From an uncultured Alphaproteobacteria bacterium (GTDB lineage: Bacteria; Pseudomonadota; Alphaproteobacteria; HIMB59): DNA of 64,000 nucleotides. The position numbers and the translations under genes are program-made. Below the pieces are notes generated by a model. The model had not been told where the DNA came from, did no database searches, and saw only the letters and a program-made list of their open reading frames with translations. Numbering within the stretch: the stretch's first letter is position 1; every line of letters starts with the position of its first letter. Location: assembly GCA_902555695.1 (NCBI GenBank), contig CACDTV010000001.1, positions 83,559 through 147,558 of the forward strand. The letters are read 5' to 3'. Positions 10,318-20,213 of the stretch are shown in pieces.

Positions 10318-12792
10318 ATGGCAAGAAAATCAAGAATAATAATCGTTGGTAGTGGTATTGTTGGAGCGAGCACCGCCTATCACTTAGCTCAATTGGGTTG
10401 GAAAGATATGGTTATACTTGATCAAGGGCCATTGTTTGAAACTGGAGGCTCTACAAGTCATGCACCAGGAGGTGTGTTTCAAACTAATCCCTCACGAATG
10501 ATGTGTAAATTTGCGCAGTACACAGTTGACTTACTTAGATCCTTGTCATTTGAGGGAAAACCTTGTTTTCATACTGTTGGAGGAATTGAAGTATCAAAGA
10601 CAAAAGAGAGACATCAAGACCTTTATCGAAAACTTGGCATAGCTCACAGTTATGGATTAACTGATGCAAAAATAATTACTCCAGATGAAGTTTTAAAAAT
10701 GAGCCCGTATATTGATCCAGAAAAAATTCACGGGGGATATTATGTTCCAACTGATGGTTTAGCAGCACCTGTGAGAGCAGTACGGGCAATGGCAAAATAT
10801 GTGACTGATTTAAAAGCAGGCGAATTTTTTGGTGATACAGCAGTTAATGGTTTTAAAATTCAGAATAATCAAATTCGTGGTGTGCAAACGTCTAAGGGTG
10901 ATTATGAGGCCGATATTGTACTTGTCTCAACTGGTATCTGGGCTCCAAAAATGGGAAGGCTTGCTAACATATCATTACCTTTAGTTCCATGTGAACATCA
11001 AATGGTGTGGTTAGAGCCGTTTGAAGAATTGAAAGAATTTAAAGCTGATCATAAGGAGGCTTTGGTTGAACATGCATTGATGCGTCACCAAGATTACAGT
11101 CTCTATTTTAGACAATGGAATGATACTTATGTTATTGGAAATTATCGACATGAACCCAGAATTTTAGAGTCAGAAGAACTAAAGAAACCTGAAGATGCTG
11201 AAGAAATGCCCTCACTGGTAGACTTTAGACCTGATGATTTTGAAGGTGCACATAAAGAATCAAATTGGTTGTTCCCAAGATTTTCTGAAAAAAAACTTAC
11301 AAAAAAAATTAATGGAATTTTTTCATTTACAACAGATGGTAACCCTTTAATGGGTGAGACAAGTGTAAAAGGTTTGTGGACCGCCAATGCTGTATGGATT
11401 ACACATGCAGGTGGTGTTGGAAAAGCTATGGCAGAATGGATAGTGAATGGTGAGCCTGAACTAGATGTTCGCCAAGGAGACATAAATCGTTTTCATCAAC
11501 ATCATCATGTTAGAAAATATCTAAGATCAAGAGGTAAGCAGAATTACAAAGAGGTATATGACATTATTCACCCGCTGCAACAAATGGAGCAGCCAAGACC
11601 ACTACGAAGAAGTCCATTTTATGCTAGATTAGAAGGACAAAAAGCACATTTCTTTGAGACTATGGGCTGGGAAAGACCTCAATGGTATGAGTCAAATGCT
11701 GAATTAATGAAAGGTAAAAACTTTCCAAATAGAACAGGCTGGGCTGCAAAATATTGGTCACCAATTCAAGCAGCTGAACATCTTGTAACAAGACAAACAG
11801 GTGCCCTGTTTGATATTACAGGATTTGTGAAAATTGAAGTAAGTGGAAAAGGTGCTCTTAAATTATTGCAGAAAGTTTGCACAAATAATATTGATGTTGC
11901 CGTAGGTAAAGTTGTTTATAGCGTAATTTCTAATATGTATGGTGGTATTAAGAGTGATCTTACAATTAGTAGACTTGAGGAAAATAAATTTTGGGTCTTG
12001 GCAGGAGCTGGGAATGGAATGATTGATATTAGTTGGCTTCGAGTAAATGCTCCTGATGATGGAAGTGTTCAGATAATAGATTGGACATCTGCTTTTGCAG
12101 GTATTGGCTTATGGGGGCCAAATTCAAGATCTGTTCTTGAAAAACTGTGTGATGATGATGATGTATCTAACGAAGGTTTTCCGTTCTTCCATATTAAAAA
12201 GATTTCAATCAGTAACATTCCTTGTGTTGCTGTAAGAATATCTTATATAGGTGAATTAGGTTGGGAAATATATACACCCACCGAGTATGGGCTATCATTA
12301 TGGGATGAACTTCGAGAAATCTCAAGAGAGTTCAACATGATTTGCTCAGGCGCTGGTGCTTTTGAGTCACTCAGATTGGAGAAAGGCTATAGATCACTTG
12401 GAACAGATATTCATACTAATTACAACCCTTATGAGTCAGGCTTAGGCTTTACTGTGAAGCTTAAAAAAGAAAATGAGTTTATTGGCAAAACTGCACTTCA
12501 AAAAATAAAAGAAAAACCAATTGAAAAGAGACTTACTTGTATGATTATTGATGACCCTGAAGGAATGGCCTTGGGCACAGAACCGATTTATTCAAATGGT
12601 AAAGCTGTAGGGTACGTTACAAGTACAAATTATGGCTATTTTGTTGATAAACACATTGTTTATGGATATTTACCAACAGAATTGTCAGAAAAAGGAAATA
12701 AGTTAGAGGTCGAGTACTTTGGCAAAAGGTATCCATTAACAGTTACTGAGGAACCTTTGCTCGACCCAGAAAATAATAGATTAAAGTCTTAA
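10318..12792 (+). CDS. Dimethylglycine oxidase/dehydrogenase family (FAD oxidoreductase plus GcvT domain)
   Basis: DQGPL..GGSTSHAPG.VFQTNPS flavinylation motif, HQ and RHQD..LY dyad region, SFTTDG, C-terminal GcvT domain (SYIGELGWEIY, SLRLEKGY). Confidence 0.85.
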   Translation: MARKSRIIIVGSGIVGASTAYHLAQLGWKDMVILDQGPLFETGGSTSHAPGGVFQTNPSRMMCKFAQYTVDLLRSLSFEGKPCFHTVGGIEVSKTKERHQDLYRKLGIAHSYGLTDAKIITPDEVLKMSPYIDPEKIHGGYYVPTDGLAAPVRAVRAMAKYVTDLKAGEFFGDTAVNGFKIQNNQIRGVQTSKGDYEADIVLVSTGIWAPKMGRLANISLPLVPCEHQMVWLEPFEELKEFKADHKEALVEHALMRHQDYSLYFRQWNDTYVIGNYRHEPRILESEELKKPEDAEEMPSLVDFRPDDFEGAHKESNWLFPRFSEKKLTKKINGIFSFTTDGNPLMGETSVKGLWTANAVWITHAGGVGKAMAEWIVNGEPELDVRQGDINRFHQHHHVRKYLRSRGKQNYKEVYDIIHPLQQMEQPRPLRRSPFYARLEGQKAHFFETMGWERPQWYESNAELMKGKNFPNRTGWAAKYWSPIQAAEHLVTRQTGALFDITGFVKIEVSGKGALKLLQKVCTNNIDVAVGKVVYSVISNMYGGIKSDLTISRLEENKFWVLAGAGNGMIDISWLRVNAPDDGSVQIIDWTSAFAGIGLWGPNSRSVLEKLCDDDDVSNEGFPFFHIKKISISNIPCVAVRISYIGELGWEIYTPTEYGLSLWDELREISREFNMICSGAGAFESLRLEKGYRSLGTDIHTNYNPYESGLGFTVKLKKENEFIGKTALQKIKEKPIEKRLTCMIIDDPEGMALGTEPIYSNGKAVGYVTSTNYGYFVDKHIVYGYLPTELSEKGNKLEVEYFGKRYPLTVTEEPLLDPENNRLKS

Positions 12793-12810
12793 CTATTATA
12801 TTTTAAAAAT

Positions 12811-13692
12811 ATGATCAAAGAAAATATTGTTTCTTTAGTGGATGGCTTTACCATAGAGCTTAACCCAAAAGTAAGACACAAACTAAAGTCGATTCCTTTA
12901 GATAAAAAAAATAATGTCTACATAACATATTTACCCGATGCTACGGAAAACGACATTTTAGAAACTGTTGATTTTGTATCTAAACAAGAATTAACTCCTA
13001 TTACTCATTTGCCTGCAAGGACAATGAGAGATTTAGATCATGTTTCAGACTTCCTAAAAGAACTTAGAAATAGAACAGATAGCAAAAAAATTCTTGTTAT
13101 AGGTGGTGGAGGTAATCAGAATGGATCAGTATCATCATCACTGGAAATACTAGAGTGTGGTTTATTAAAGGATAATGATTTTGAAGAGATAGGAATAGCT
13201 GGACACCCTGAAGGCTCACCTGATATTGATCAAAATACTGTGAACGAATTTTTGAACAAAAAATATGAATTATCGAAAGATAAGAATTTAAATTTAGAAC
13301 TTGTTACTCAGTTTTTCTTTAATGCCGAACCATTTATCAAATGGTGTAAATTTTTAGATAATTCAAATATAAAATTACCAGTCAGAGTAGGCTTTCCAGG
13401 CCCGGCGTCTTTTAAAACACTTCTTAATTTTGGGATAATGAGCGGTGTTGGAAATTCATTAAGTTTTCTAAAAAAGAACTCATCTAAAGTAACTGACCTT
13501 TTGACAAAAACTTCAAACGATGAAATGTTTATTGAATTAGCAAATTTCTCTAAAGAACAAAGTTCATTTAAAAATTTTCACTGCTTTCCTTTTGGTGGCT
13601 TCGAGAAGACCTGTCATTGGTTAAATGCTCTTCAAAATGGTGATTTTATTATGGAAAATGACAAAATAGTCCTCCACAATAAAATCTTTTAA
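12811..13692 (+). CDS. metF: Methylenetetrahydrofolate reductase-like protein
   Basis: THLPAR, GIAGHPEGSP, VTQFFF, PVRVGFPGP, HCFPFGG. Confidence 0.8.
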   Translation: MIKENIVSLVDGFTIELNPKVRHKLKSIPLDKKNNVYITYLPDATENDILETVDFVSKQELTPITHLPARTMRDLDHVSDFLKELRNRTDSKKILVIGGGGNQNGSVSSSLEILECGLLKDNDFEEIGIAGHPEGSPDIDQNTVNEFLNKKYELSKDKNLNLELVTQFFFNAEPFIKWCKFLDNSNIKLPVRVGFPGPASFKTLLNFGIMSGVGNSLSFLKKNSSKVTDLLTKTSNDEMFIELANFSKEQSSFKNFHCFPFGGFEKTCHWLNALQNGDFIMENDKIVLHNKIF

Positions 13693-13772
13693 GTTCTAAT
13701 TTTTCGATTGCATAGACCTAAAAAAGAAATTAATTTTCAAAAATTGCTAGTGCATTTTTTATAGGAGGATAT

Positions 13773-15077
13773 ATGAAGCTAAAGCAACCGAGTTCAGTGG
13801 ACCAATCTGACAGAAAAGTCCCATTTAATTTAAGGCAATCAGGGCCAACACCTCAACAAATGCTGATTTCTACCAGAGTTAGAAAAAATCCCTATTGGCA
13901 TTTATCAGTTGAGGCAGGATGTTGGAGATGCACTGTGTACAATAGAATGTATCATCCTAGAGGTTATGTAAAACCTGAAGATGGTGGTGCAATGGTCGAA
14001 TATGATGCATTAGTAAATCACGTAACTATGTGGAATGTTGCAGTAGAAAGACAAATTCGTGTAAAAGGACCTGATGCATTAAAATTTACAAATTTCGTTA
14101 TCACAAGAGATGCTTCGAGAATTGATGTAATGAAAGGAAAATATGTAATCCTTTGTAATGACAAAGGAGGAGTATTAAATGATCCAATATTACTAAGAAT
14201 CGCAGAAGATGAGTTTTGGTTTTCTCTTTCTGACTCTGATATTATGTTTTTTCTTCAAGGGGTAAATCACGATAAAAAGTTCAATGTAGAAATTGATGAA
14301 ATAGATGTATCTCCTGTTCAAATTCAAGGACCAAAGTCAATCGATCTTATGGCAGATTTAGTTGGAGATGCTGTTAGAGACATTCCTTACTATGGCTTAA
14401 TGGAAGCAAAAGTTGGAGGGAGAGATTGTATTATTTCCCAAACAGGTTTTACTGGGGAAAAGGGATATGAAATCTACCTAAAAGATGCAACTTTGTATGC
14501 AGATGATATGTGGAATGCTGTTTTAGAGGCTGGAAAAAAACACAATCTAAAAGTAATCGCACCTGCTCATCATAGAAGAATAGCTGCTGGAATTTTATCT
14601 TGGGGTCAGGATCTTGATGCTGAAACTTATCCATTTCAATGCAACCTTGGTTATCAGGTTCCAAGAAAAAAACAAGCTGACTATATTGGTAAACAAGCCC
14701 TAGAGGCAATGAGAACAAAAATTGAAGCAGGTGAGAAACCATATAGCAACCAACTAGTTGGATTTAGATTAGGTGGTAAACCTATTGATGAATATGCTCC
14801 GGACTTTTGGCTTATATCTGAAGATGGATCTACACCAATAGGGTATCTGACATCGCCTTGGTATTCCCCTGAATTGGGAACAAATATCGCAATGGGATAT
14901 ATACCTTATGAGAAAAAAGACTTAGGTAATAAATTTAAATTTCATTTACCTGATGAGTATTGTGAAACACCAGGGTCGCCTGTAGATGGTGAAATAGTTG
15001 AAATACCTTTTAGACCATCAGTAAATCCTAATGCACGAGAAATTGCAAAGGATGATGGAAGAGATACGGCGTATTAA
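13773..15077 (+). CDS. GcvT/DmdA-like THF-dependent (amino)methyltransferase, substrate unknown
   Basis: TVYNRMYHP, WNVAVERQIRVKGPDA, GGVLNDP, QTGFTGEKGYEIY, RRIAAGILSWG; strong AGGAGG ribosome-binding site. Confidence 0.85.
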   Translation: MKLKQPSSVDQSDRKVPFNLRQSGPTPQQMLISTRVRKNPYWHLSVEAGCWRCTVYNRMYHPRGYVKPEDGGAMVEYDALVNHVTMWNVAVERQIRVKGPDALKFTNFVITRDASRIDVMKGKYVILCNDKGGVLNDPILLRIAEDEFWFSLSDSDIMFFLQGVNHDKKFNVEIDEIDVSPVQIQGPKSIDLMADLVGDAVRDIPYYGLMEAKVGGRDCIISQTGFTGEKGYEIYLKDATLYADDMWNAVLEAGKKHNLKVIAPAHHRRIAAGILSWGQDLDAETYPFQCNLGYQVPRKKQADYIGKQALEAMRTKIEAGEKPYSNQLVGFRLGGKPIDEYAPDFWLISEDGSTPIGYLTSPWYSPELGTNIAMGYIPYEKKDLGNKFKFHLPDEYCETPGSPVDGEIVEIPFRPSVNPNAREIAKDDGRDTAY

Positions 15078-15087
15078 TTTTATTTTT

Positions 15088-15122
15088 AAAAAGCCTGAAT
15101 AAATAAGTATTTAGGCTTTTTT
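15088..15122 (+). terminator. Rho-independent terminator, probably bidirectional
   Basis: Stem AGCCTGAATA/TATTTAGGCT with an A-tract before and a T-tract after, right after the stop at 15077. Confidence 0.85.
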
Positions 15123-15137
15123 CATTTTAAAATTTCT

Positions 15138-15165
15138 TTGACATATCAAAAGTATCTATTGTAAT
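15138..15165 (+). promoter_or_regulatory. Putative sigma70 promoter
   Basis: TTGACA (15138-15143), 16-nt spacer, TGTAAT (15160-15165), 8 nt before the ATG at 15174. Confidence 0.5.
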
Positions 15166-15173
15166 CTTTATAT

Positions 15174-15548
15174 ATGAATATTCCAAAAGTTATAAATTCC
15201 CAAAAACTTTACGATTTGTATGAACAAATTTTTGACTATTTTAGTCTAACTGTTTATGACTTGGAGTCTAAAATTGATACTAATTTAAATATCTCAAATA
15301 TTAAAAATAAACTTGAAACATTTTCTGATAAACATTTTAAAAATGCACTTAATGATTTCAATCAAGAAGTAAAAAAATTAAAAAATCACATACCTGACGA
15401 TTTTCTAAAAATCGAACAAATCTCCCATGAGATTAAACAAAGTTATAATAAGTTTTTAGAACAAAATTTTTTTGATTGTGAGTCATTAGATATATTAAAG
15501 AATAAATTAAAGAGTAATATTGATAAAATTCATAAAATTTACTCTTAA
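15174..15548 (+). CDS. Hypothetical protein
   Basis: 124-aa ORF with its own promoter-like element; no family recognised. Confidence 0.6.
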   Translation: MNIPKVINSQKLYDLYEQIFDYFSLTVYDLESKIDTNLNISNIKNKLETFSDKHFKNALNDFNQEVKKLKNHIPDDFLKIEQISHEIKQSYNKFLEQNFFDCESLDILKNKLKSNIDKIHKIYS

Positions 15549-15565
15549 ATATTAATAAAACTTAT

Positions 15566-16528
15566 ATGAATTTGGATTTTTTAATAATTATATTTTTAAT
15601 TATTGTAATCGTTCTATTAATTTTTGTTTTGTTAAAGTCAAGTACTAAAACTAATGATAATACAGAGTTAGATTTAAAAAAAATTAACGAAAACCTCTCA
15701 AACCTATTTGATAAAACTCTTGAACAAACAGGATTTGTTAATTCCAAAATAGATGAAATTGGAATTTTAACAAAAAAAATGACTAATGCCATGACTGCAA
15801 ATATCTCCGATATGGGCGACATGGGTGAAACTATTTTAGAGAATATTTTACAAGATTGTGGAATGACTAAAGATAGAGACTACAAAACACAATTTACTGA
15901 TAAAAATGAGAGTGGGCAAATTTTTAGACCTGATGTAGTAATTTTTCTTCCTGAAAAAAGGAATATTATTATTGACTCAAAATTACCAATGAAAGATTGG
16001 TATAATTATCAAAACACTGATGATGAAAAGGCAAAAGAGGTATCTATAAAAAATTTTATTAATTCAATGAAAAGTCATATAAATGCAATTCACAAAAAGG
16101 ATTATACAAACCTCATCAAAGTAAATTCACCAGATTATGTCTTTATATTCATGCCTCATGATTATGCCTTGATCACTGCTCAAAAATACGATCAAAGTAT
16201 TTCAAACTATGCTCAACAAAAACAAGTAATAATTGTTGGACCATCTACTCTCGTTATGTGTATGAAACTCGTCGAAAGTATTTGGAGGCTTGAGAAACAG
16301 AATAAAAATTCAAAAGAAATTGCAGAAATTGCGGGTAGTATGTTTGACCAGATTGCAAAAACTTTAAATTTACTAGAAAAAACTGAAGCAAGTTTAGTTA
16401 AATCAACTGAAAATATAAATCAATCTAAAAAATATATCACAGATGGTAAAGGTAGTTTATTAAGTAGGGCTAATAAAATCAGAGATTTAGGTGCTAAAAC
16501 AAAAGTTGAGTTAGATATTAATGAATGA
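15566..16528 (+). CDS. rmuC: DNA recombination protein RmuC family
   Basis: N-terminal TM helix, GETILENIL, RPDVVIFLP, IIIDSKLP, DYVFIFMP, GPSTL. Confidence 0.9.
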   Translation: MNLDFLIIIFLIIVIVLLIFVLLKSSTKTNDNTELDLKKINENLSNLFDKTLEQTGFVNSKIDEIGILTKKMTNAMTANISDMGDMGETILENILQDCGMTKDRDYKTQFTDKNESGQIFRPDVVIFLPEKRNIIIDSKLPMKDWYNYQNTDDEKAKEVSIKNFINSMKSHINAIHKKDYTNLIKVNSPDYVFIFMPHDYALITAQKYDQSISNYAQQKQVIIVGPSTLVMCMKLVESIWRLEKQNKNSKEIAEIAGSMFDQIAKTLNLLEKTEASLVKSTENINQSKKYITDGKGSLLSRANKIRDLGAKTKVELDINE

Positions 16529-17502
16529 ATATTCTTGTATATAGTTTTAATGATAAAATTGGAGATGGCTTACAAAAGGTAACTTTTTTACAAACTTTAA
16601 AAAACATATACCCTGAATCAAAAATTTATTACACAACTACTCATACAACAACTTTTAAAGATAAATTGTATCCATTAGTAAAAGATACAATTTTCAAAAT
16701 TATTGAAGATAATGGCATACACTCATCAATATCAAATCTAATTAGAAAAAATACTAGACTTGAAAATCAATATTTTGATTTAATCATAGATTTACAAAAA
16801 GTTGTTTTAAGAACATTAATTCTAAAAAAAATCCCGCATAAATATTTTTTTAGCTCATGTGCAAACTTTTTTTTTTCTGATATCAAAAATAAATACAATT
16901 TAAAATTTAAAGATGTTTATATTGAACAATTTTATTTTAATATTTTATCAACACTTCAAAAGAAAATTATTAAAAAAATACCTAATATAAAACTTCCAGA
17001 GAATATTGAATATTCGTTTAATTATGAAAACATTAACAAAAATATTGCAATCTCACCTGGCGCTGGAGATAAAATAAGACAATGGGATTTTGAAAAATAT
17101 TTAATGATTGCACACAAATTGCAGAAAAATGGCTATAATATTTTCTTTTTTTTAGGCCCTGATGAAAAGGATCTCTTAAATATTTGTCTAAAAAATGGCT
17201 TTAACTGCCCAGAATGGAAAAATGGTGAGTTGATTTCAAACGATATAACTTTCACTATGGGTTTAGCAAAACAAATGAGTTGTTTGCTTTGTAATGATAG
17301 TGGCACTGCTTGGATGTTTGAATTTGTGGGAGTAAAAACACTTAAAATATTTGGAGTTACAAATGAAAAAAAATTTTCGAGGCCTGGTTTTTCAAAGACT
17401 ATTCAAATAAAAGATTATGGTTTTGAAAATTTAAAAGATTTCCCAGTGCATATTTACGAAAATATTTTACAAGAATTTCTTAAATCAATTGATACTAACT
17501 AA
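16525..17502 (+). CDS. Glycosyltransferase family 9 (LPS heptosyltransferase-like)
   Basis: IGDGL, DLIIDLQ, ISPGAG...W, CNDSGTAW. Confidence 0.8.
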   Translation: MNILVYSFNDKIGDGLQKVTFLQTLKNIYPESKIYYTTTHTTTFKDKLYPLVKDTIFKIIEDNGIHSSISNLIRKNTRLENQYFDLIIDLQKVVLRTLILKKIPHKYFFSSCANFFFSDIKNKYNLKFKDVYIEQFYFNILSTLQKKIIKKIPNIKLPENIEYSFNYENINKNIAISPGAGDKIRQWDFEKYLMIAHKLQKNGYNIFFFLGPDEKDLLNICLKNGFNCPEWKNGELISNDITFTMGLAKQMSCLLCNDSGTAWMFEFVGVKTLKIFGVTNEKKFSRPGFSKTIQIKDYGFENLKDFPVHIYENILQEFLKSIDTN

Positions 17503-18313
17503 CTATTTTTGAGTTTTTTTGATAAGTATAACTAGGGACTATATAATGTCTTACAGAGGATCCCTTTAATTTGAATATTCCATTGTTATTAAACTTTATA
17601 TCTAACTCAGACATGTCAAAAATATCATTATTTGAAATATAATTTCTCATTACTTTTGTATACATACCAGGTCCAGTAAAATTTAAAATAGCTACCTTTG
17701 GATTGTCAAAAACTTTATCTCTATAATATTTATAGTCTGAACAAATATTATTAATTAGATTTTCTAAAAACAAATTTTTTGATGAAAACGCAAGTCCCCA
17801 TTGTAAAAAATGGTTAAAAGGTCTGAGTAGTGAAAAAAGTTTTGGATCATTTGGTGGGTAATAGCAGATTGTGTCCTCATAAGTTAAGACTCCTATGTGA
17901 TTACTATCATGAAGTTGATCAAGTGGACATTTGCAACCTTTTGCTATGTCGAAATAATAACCACCTAACTCATACAATATACAATAACGGAAAATATCAG
18001 CTTTCATTGGACCAAAAATACTTTTGAAATATATTTTTGAAATATCTTCCTTGCCCCAACTAGACTCCATGTAGCTATCTCTTTTCTCCTTGTCATATAA
18101 GTAGAAAGAGAAATTTGGATTTTTTTCTCTAAATTCTTGAATTGATTTAGCGTGAGTCTTTCCAAGTAATCTAGTCTCCCATGTTTGATAGACATTTTGG
18201 GGTATTTTATTAGTTGATTTGTGGTTGATTATTTTGTCTTTTATTTCAACTAATGGAAACTCAGTAAATTTTCTGGCAAATTTTCTTAGATTATATCCTA
18301 TTGACTCACTCAT
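17495..18313 (-). CDS. Glycosyltransferase, GT32/OCH1-like sugar-binding family
   Basis: IPQNVYQTW, KADIFRYCILYELGGYYFD, FTGPGMYT. Start moved to the ATG at 18313 because the longer ORF runs into tRNA-Ser. Confidence 0.8.
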   Translation of the reverse strand: MSESIGYNLRKFARKFTEFPLVEIKDKIINHKSTNKIPQNVYQTWETRLLGKTHAKSIQEFREKNPNFSFYLYDKEKRDSYMESSWGKEDISKIYFKSIFGPMKADIFRYCILYELGGYYFDIAKGCKCPLDQLHDSNHIGVLTYEDTICYYPPNDPKLFSLLRPFNHFLQWGLAFSSKNLFLENLINNICSDYKYYRDKVFDNPKVAILNFTGPGMYTKVMRNYISNNDIFDMSELDIKFNNNGIFKLKGSSVRHYIVPSYTYQKNSKIVS

Positions 18314-18318
18314 TTTAT

Positions 18319-18408
18319 TGGCGGAGAGAGTGGGATTCGAACCCACGATAGAGTTGCCCCTATACACGCGTTCCAGGCGTGCGCCTTAAACCACTCGGCC
18401 ATCTCTCC
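18319..18408 (-). tRNA. tRNA-Ser (anticodon GGA)
   Basis: GGAGAGATGGCCGAGTGGTTTAAGGCGCACGCCTGGAACGCGTGTATAGGGGCAACTCTATCGTGGGTTCGAATCCCACTCTCTCCGCCA: full cloverleaf, long variable arm, encoded CCA. Confidence 0.97.
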
Positions 18409-18413
18409 AAAAA

Positions 18414-20213
18414 TTAATCACTATCCCCTATTTTCAATGCTTCAAAAAAAGCAGTTTGTGGTATTTCAACATTACCAAATTGTTTCATTCTTTTCTTTCC
18501 TTTTTTTTGCTTTTCAAGGAGTTTTTTCTTTCTGCTCACATCTCCACCATAAAGTTTCGCTGTAACATCTTTTCTAAATGCTTTAATTGTTTCTCTAGCA
18601 ATAATTTTTCCATAAATTGCGGCTTGAATTGGAATTTGAAAATTTTGTCTTGGAATTAAATCTTTAAGTTTATTACATATTCTACGGCCAATTGTTTCTG
18701 CTCTTGTTTTATGAACTATATTTGAAAATGCATCAACAGTTTCTGAGTTTACTAAAATATTGAGCTTAACTAAGTCGCCTTGAAAATAATCATAAACTTG
18801 GTAATCAAAACTTGCATAACCTTTAGAGTAAGATTTTAATTTATCATAAAAATCTATTACTATTTCATTCAGAGGAAGTTCCATTTCTAAAATAGCTCTA
18901 TTATTTTGTATATTTAAATTTTTTTGCTTACCTCTTTTTTCAATACAAAGTGTTATTACTGTTCCTAAATAATCTTGTGGTACTATAATCGTTGATTTGA
19001 CCCAAGGTTCTAAAATTTGATCAATTTCTGCAGGGTCAGGGAGTTCTGAAGGGTTCCTTATAACAATTTCATTTTTATTTCTGTCTATTACTTTGTAAAC
19101 AACTCCTGGTGCTGTTGTTATCAAATCAAGATCAAATTCTCTTCTCAATCTTTCTGTTGTTACTTCTAAATGAAGTAGACCAAGAAAACCACATCTAAAT
19201 CCATATCCTAATGCTGCACTAGTCTCATTTTCATAGGTGAAACTTGAGTCATTTAAAGCCAATTTTTCAAAACTTTCTTTCAATCTCTCATAATCTGAGG
19301 TATCCACTGGATAAATACCACAGAATACAACTGGCAATGAGGGCTTAAATCCGGGAAGCGGCTTAACTTTTTGATCGTTTAATTCTGCTATTGTATCGCC
19401 AACTTTGCAATCTGCAACTGACTTAATGCTTGCATTAATAAAGCCTATCTCTCCAGGACCTAGTTCATCGCAATAATTTATATCTGGTGTAAAATATCCA
19501 ATTCTATCTATATTGTACTGTTGATTATTTGATAAAAACTTTACCTTCATTCCTTTTTTCATTACACCATCAAGAATCCGAACTAGAACTGTAACTCCTA
19601 AGTAATTATCATACCAACTGTCAACTAACAGGGCTTTTAGATTATTTTCATTTGTGTGTGGAGCTGGGAGTTTTTCGATAATTTGGTCTAATAAGCTACC
19701 AACACCTAATCCTGTTTTTGCTGAAACAAGTTGGGCTTCAGATGTATCTATTCCTATTGTTTGTTCAATATCTTCTTTTACTCTCTCTGGTTCAGATGCT
19801 GGTAAGTCGGCTTTGTTTAACACAGGTAATATCTCATGATTTACATCAATTGCCTGGTAAGCATTTGCGAGTGTTTGTGCTTCTACACCCTGTGTGCTAT
19901 CAACAACAAGAACAGATCCCTCACATGCAGATAAAGATCTTGAAACTTCGTAAGAAAAATCAACATGACCTGGTGTGTCTAATATATTTAATTGATATAC
20001 TTCACCATTTTTATTTTTATAATTTAATCTGACAGTTTGAGCTTTTATAGTAATACCTCTTTCTCTTTCTATATCCATCGAGTCAAGAACTTGATCTTTT
20101 TTAGTTCTATCATCCATGCCGCCGCAAATTTCTATCATTCTATCTGCTAATGTTGATTTACCATGATCGATATGAGCTATAATCGAAAAATTTCTAATTT
20201 TAGAAATTTCCAT
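18414..20213 (-). CDS. lepA: Translation elongation factor 4
   Basis: [43 protein letters not shown]. Confidence 0.98.
   Translation of the reverse strand: MEISKIRNFSIIAHIDHGKSTLADRMIEICGGMDDRTKKDQVLDSMDIERERGITIKAQTVRLNYKNKNGEVYQLNILDTPGHVDFSYEVSRSLSACEGSVLVVDSTQGVEAQTLANAYQAIDVNHEILPVLNKADLPASEPERVKEDIEQTIGIDTSEAQLVSAKTGLGVGSLLDQIIEKLPAPHTNENNLKALLVDSWYDNYLGVTVLVRILDGVMKKGMKVKFLSNNQQYNIDRIGYFTPDINYCDELGPGEIGFINASIKSVADCKVGDTIAELNDQKVKPLPGFKPSLPVVFCGIYPVDTSDYERLKESFEKLALNDSSFTYENETSAALGYGFRCGFLGLLHLEVTTERLRREFDLDLITTAPGVVYKVIDRNKNEIVIRNPSELPDPAEIDQILEPWVKSTIIVPQDYLGTVITLCIEKRGKQKNLNIQNNRAILEMELPLNEIVIDFYDKLKSYSKGYASFDYQVYDYFQGDLVKLNILVNSETVDAFSNIVHKTRAETIGRRICNKLKDLIPRQNFQIPIQAAIYGKIIARETIKAFRKDVTAKLYGGDVSRKKKLLEKQKKGKKRMKQFGNVEIPQTAFFEALKIGDSD

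Noticed and set aside
13693-13772. SAM or glycine riboswitch before the methyltransferase or metF
   Set aside because: The spacers are short and AT-rich, with no recognisable aptamer motifs.
13773-15077. Calling the gene dmdA or gcvT
   Set aside because: It is longer than typical DmdA, has a different N-terminus, and no gcvH or gcvP is nearby. Only family membership is supported.
18314-18367. N-terminal extension of the GT32 ORF (MYRGNSIVGSNPTLSANK)
   Set aside because: It is a translation of the tRNA-Ser sequence; the ATG at 18313 is more plausible.
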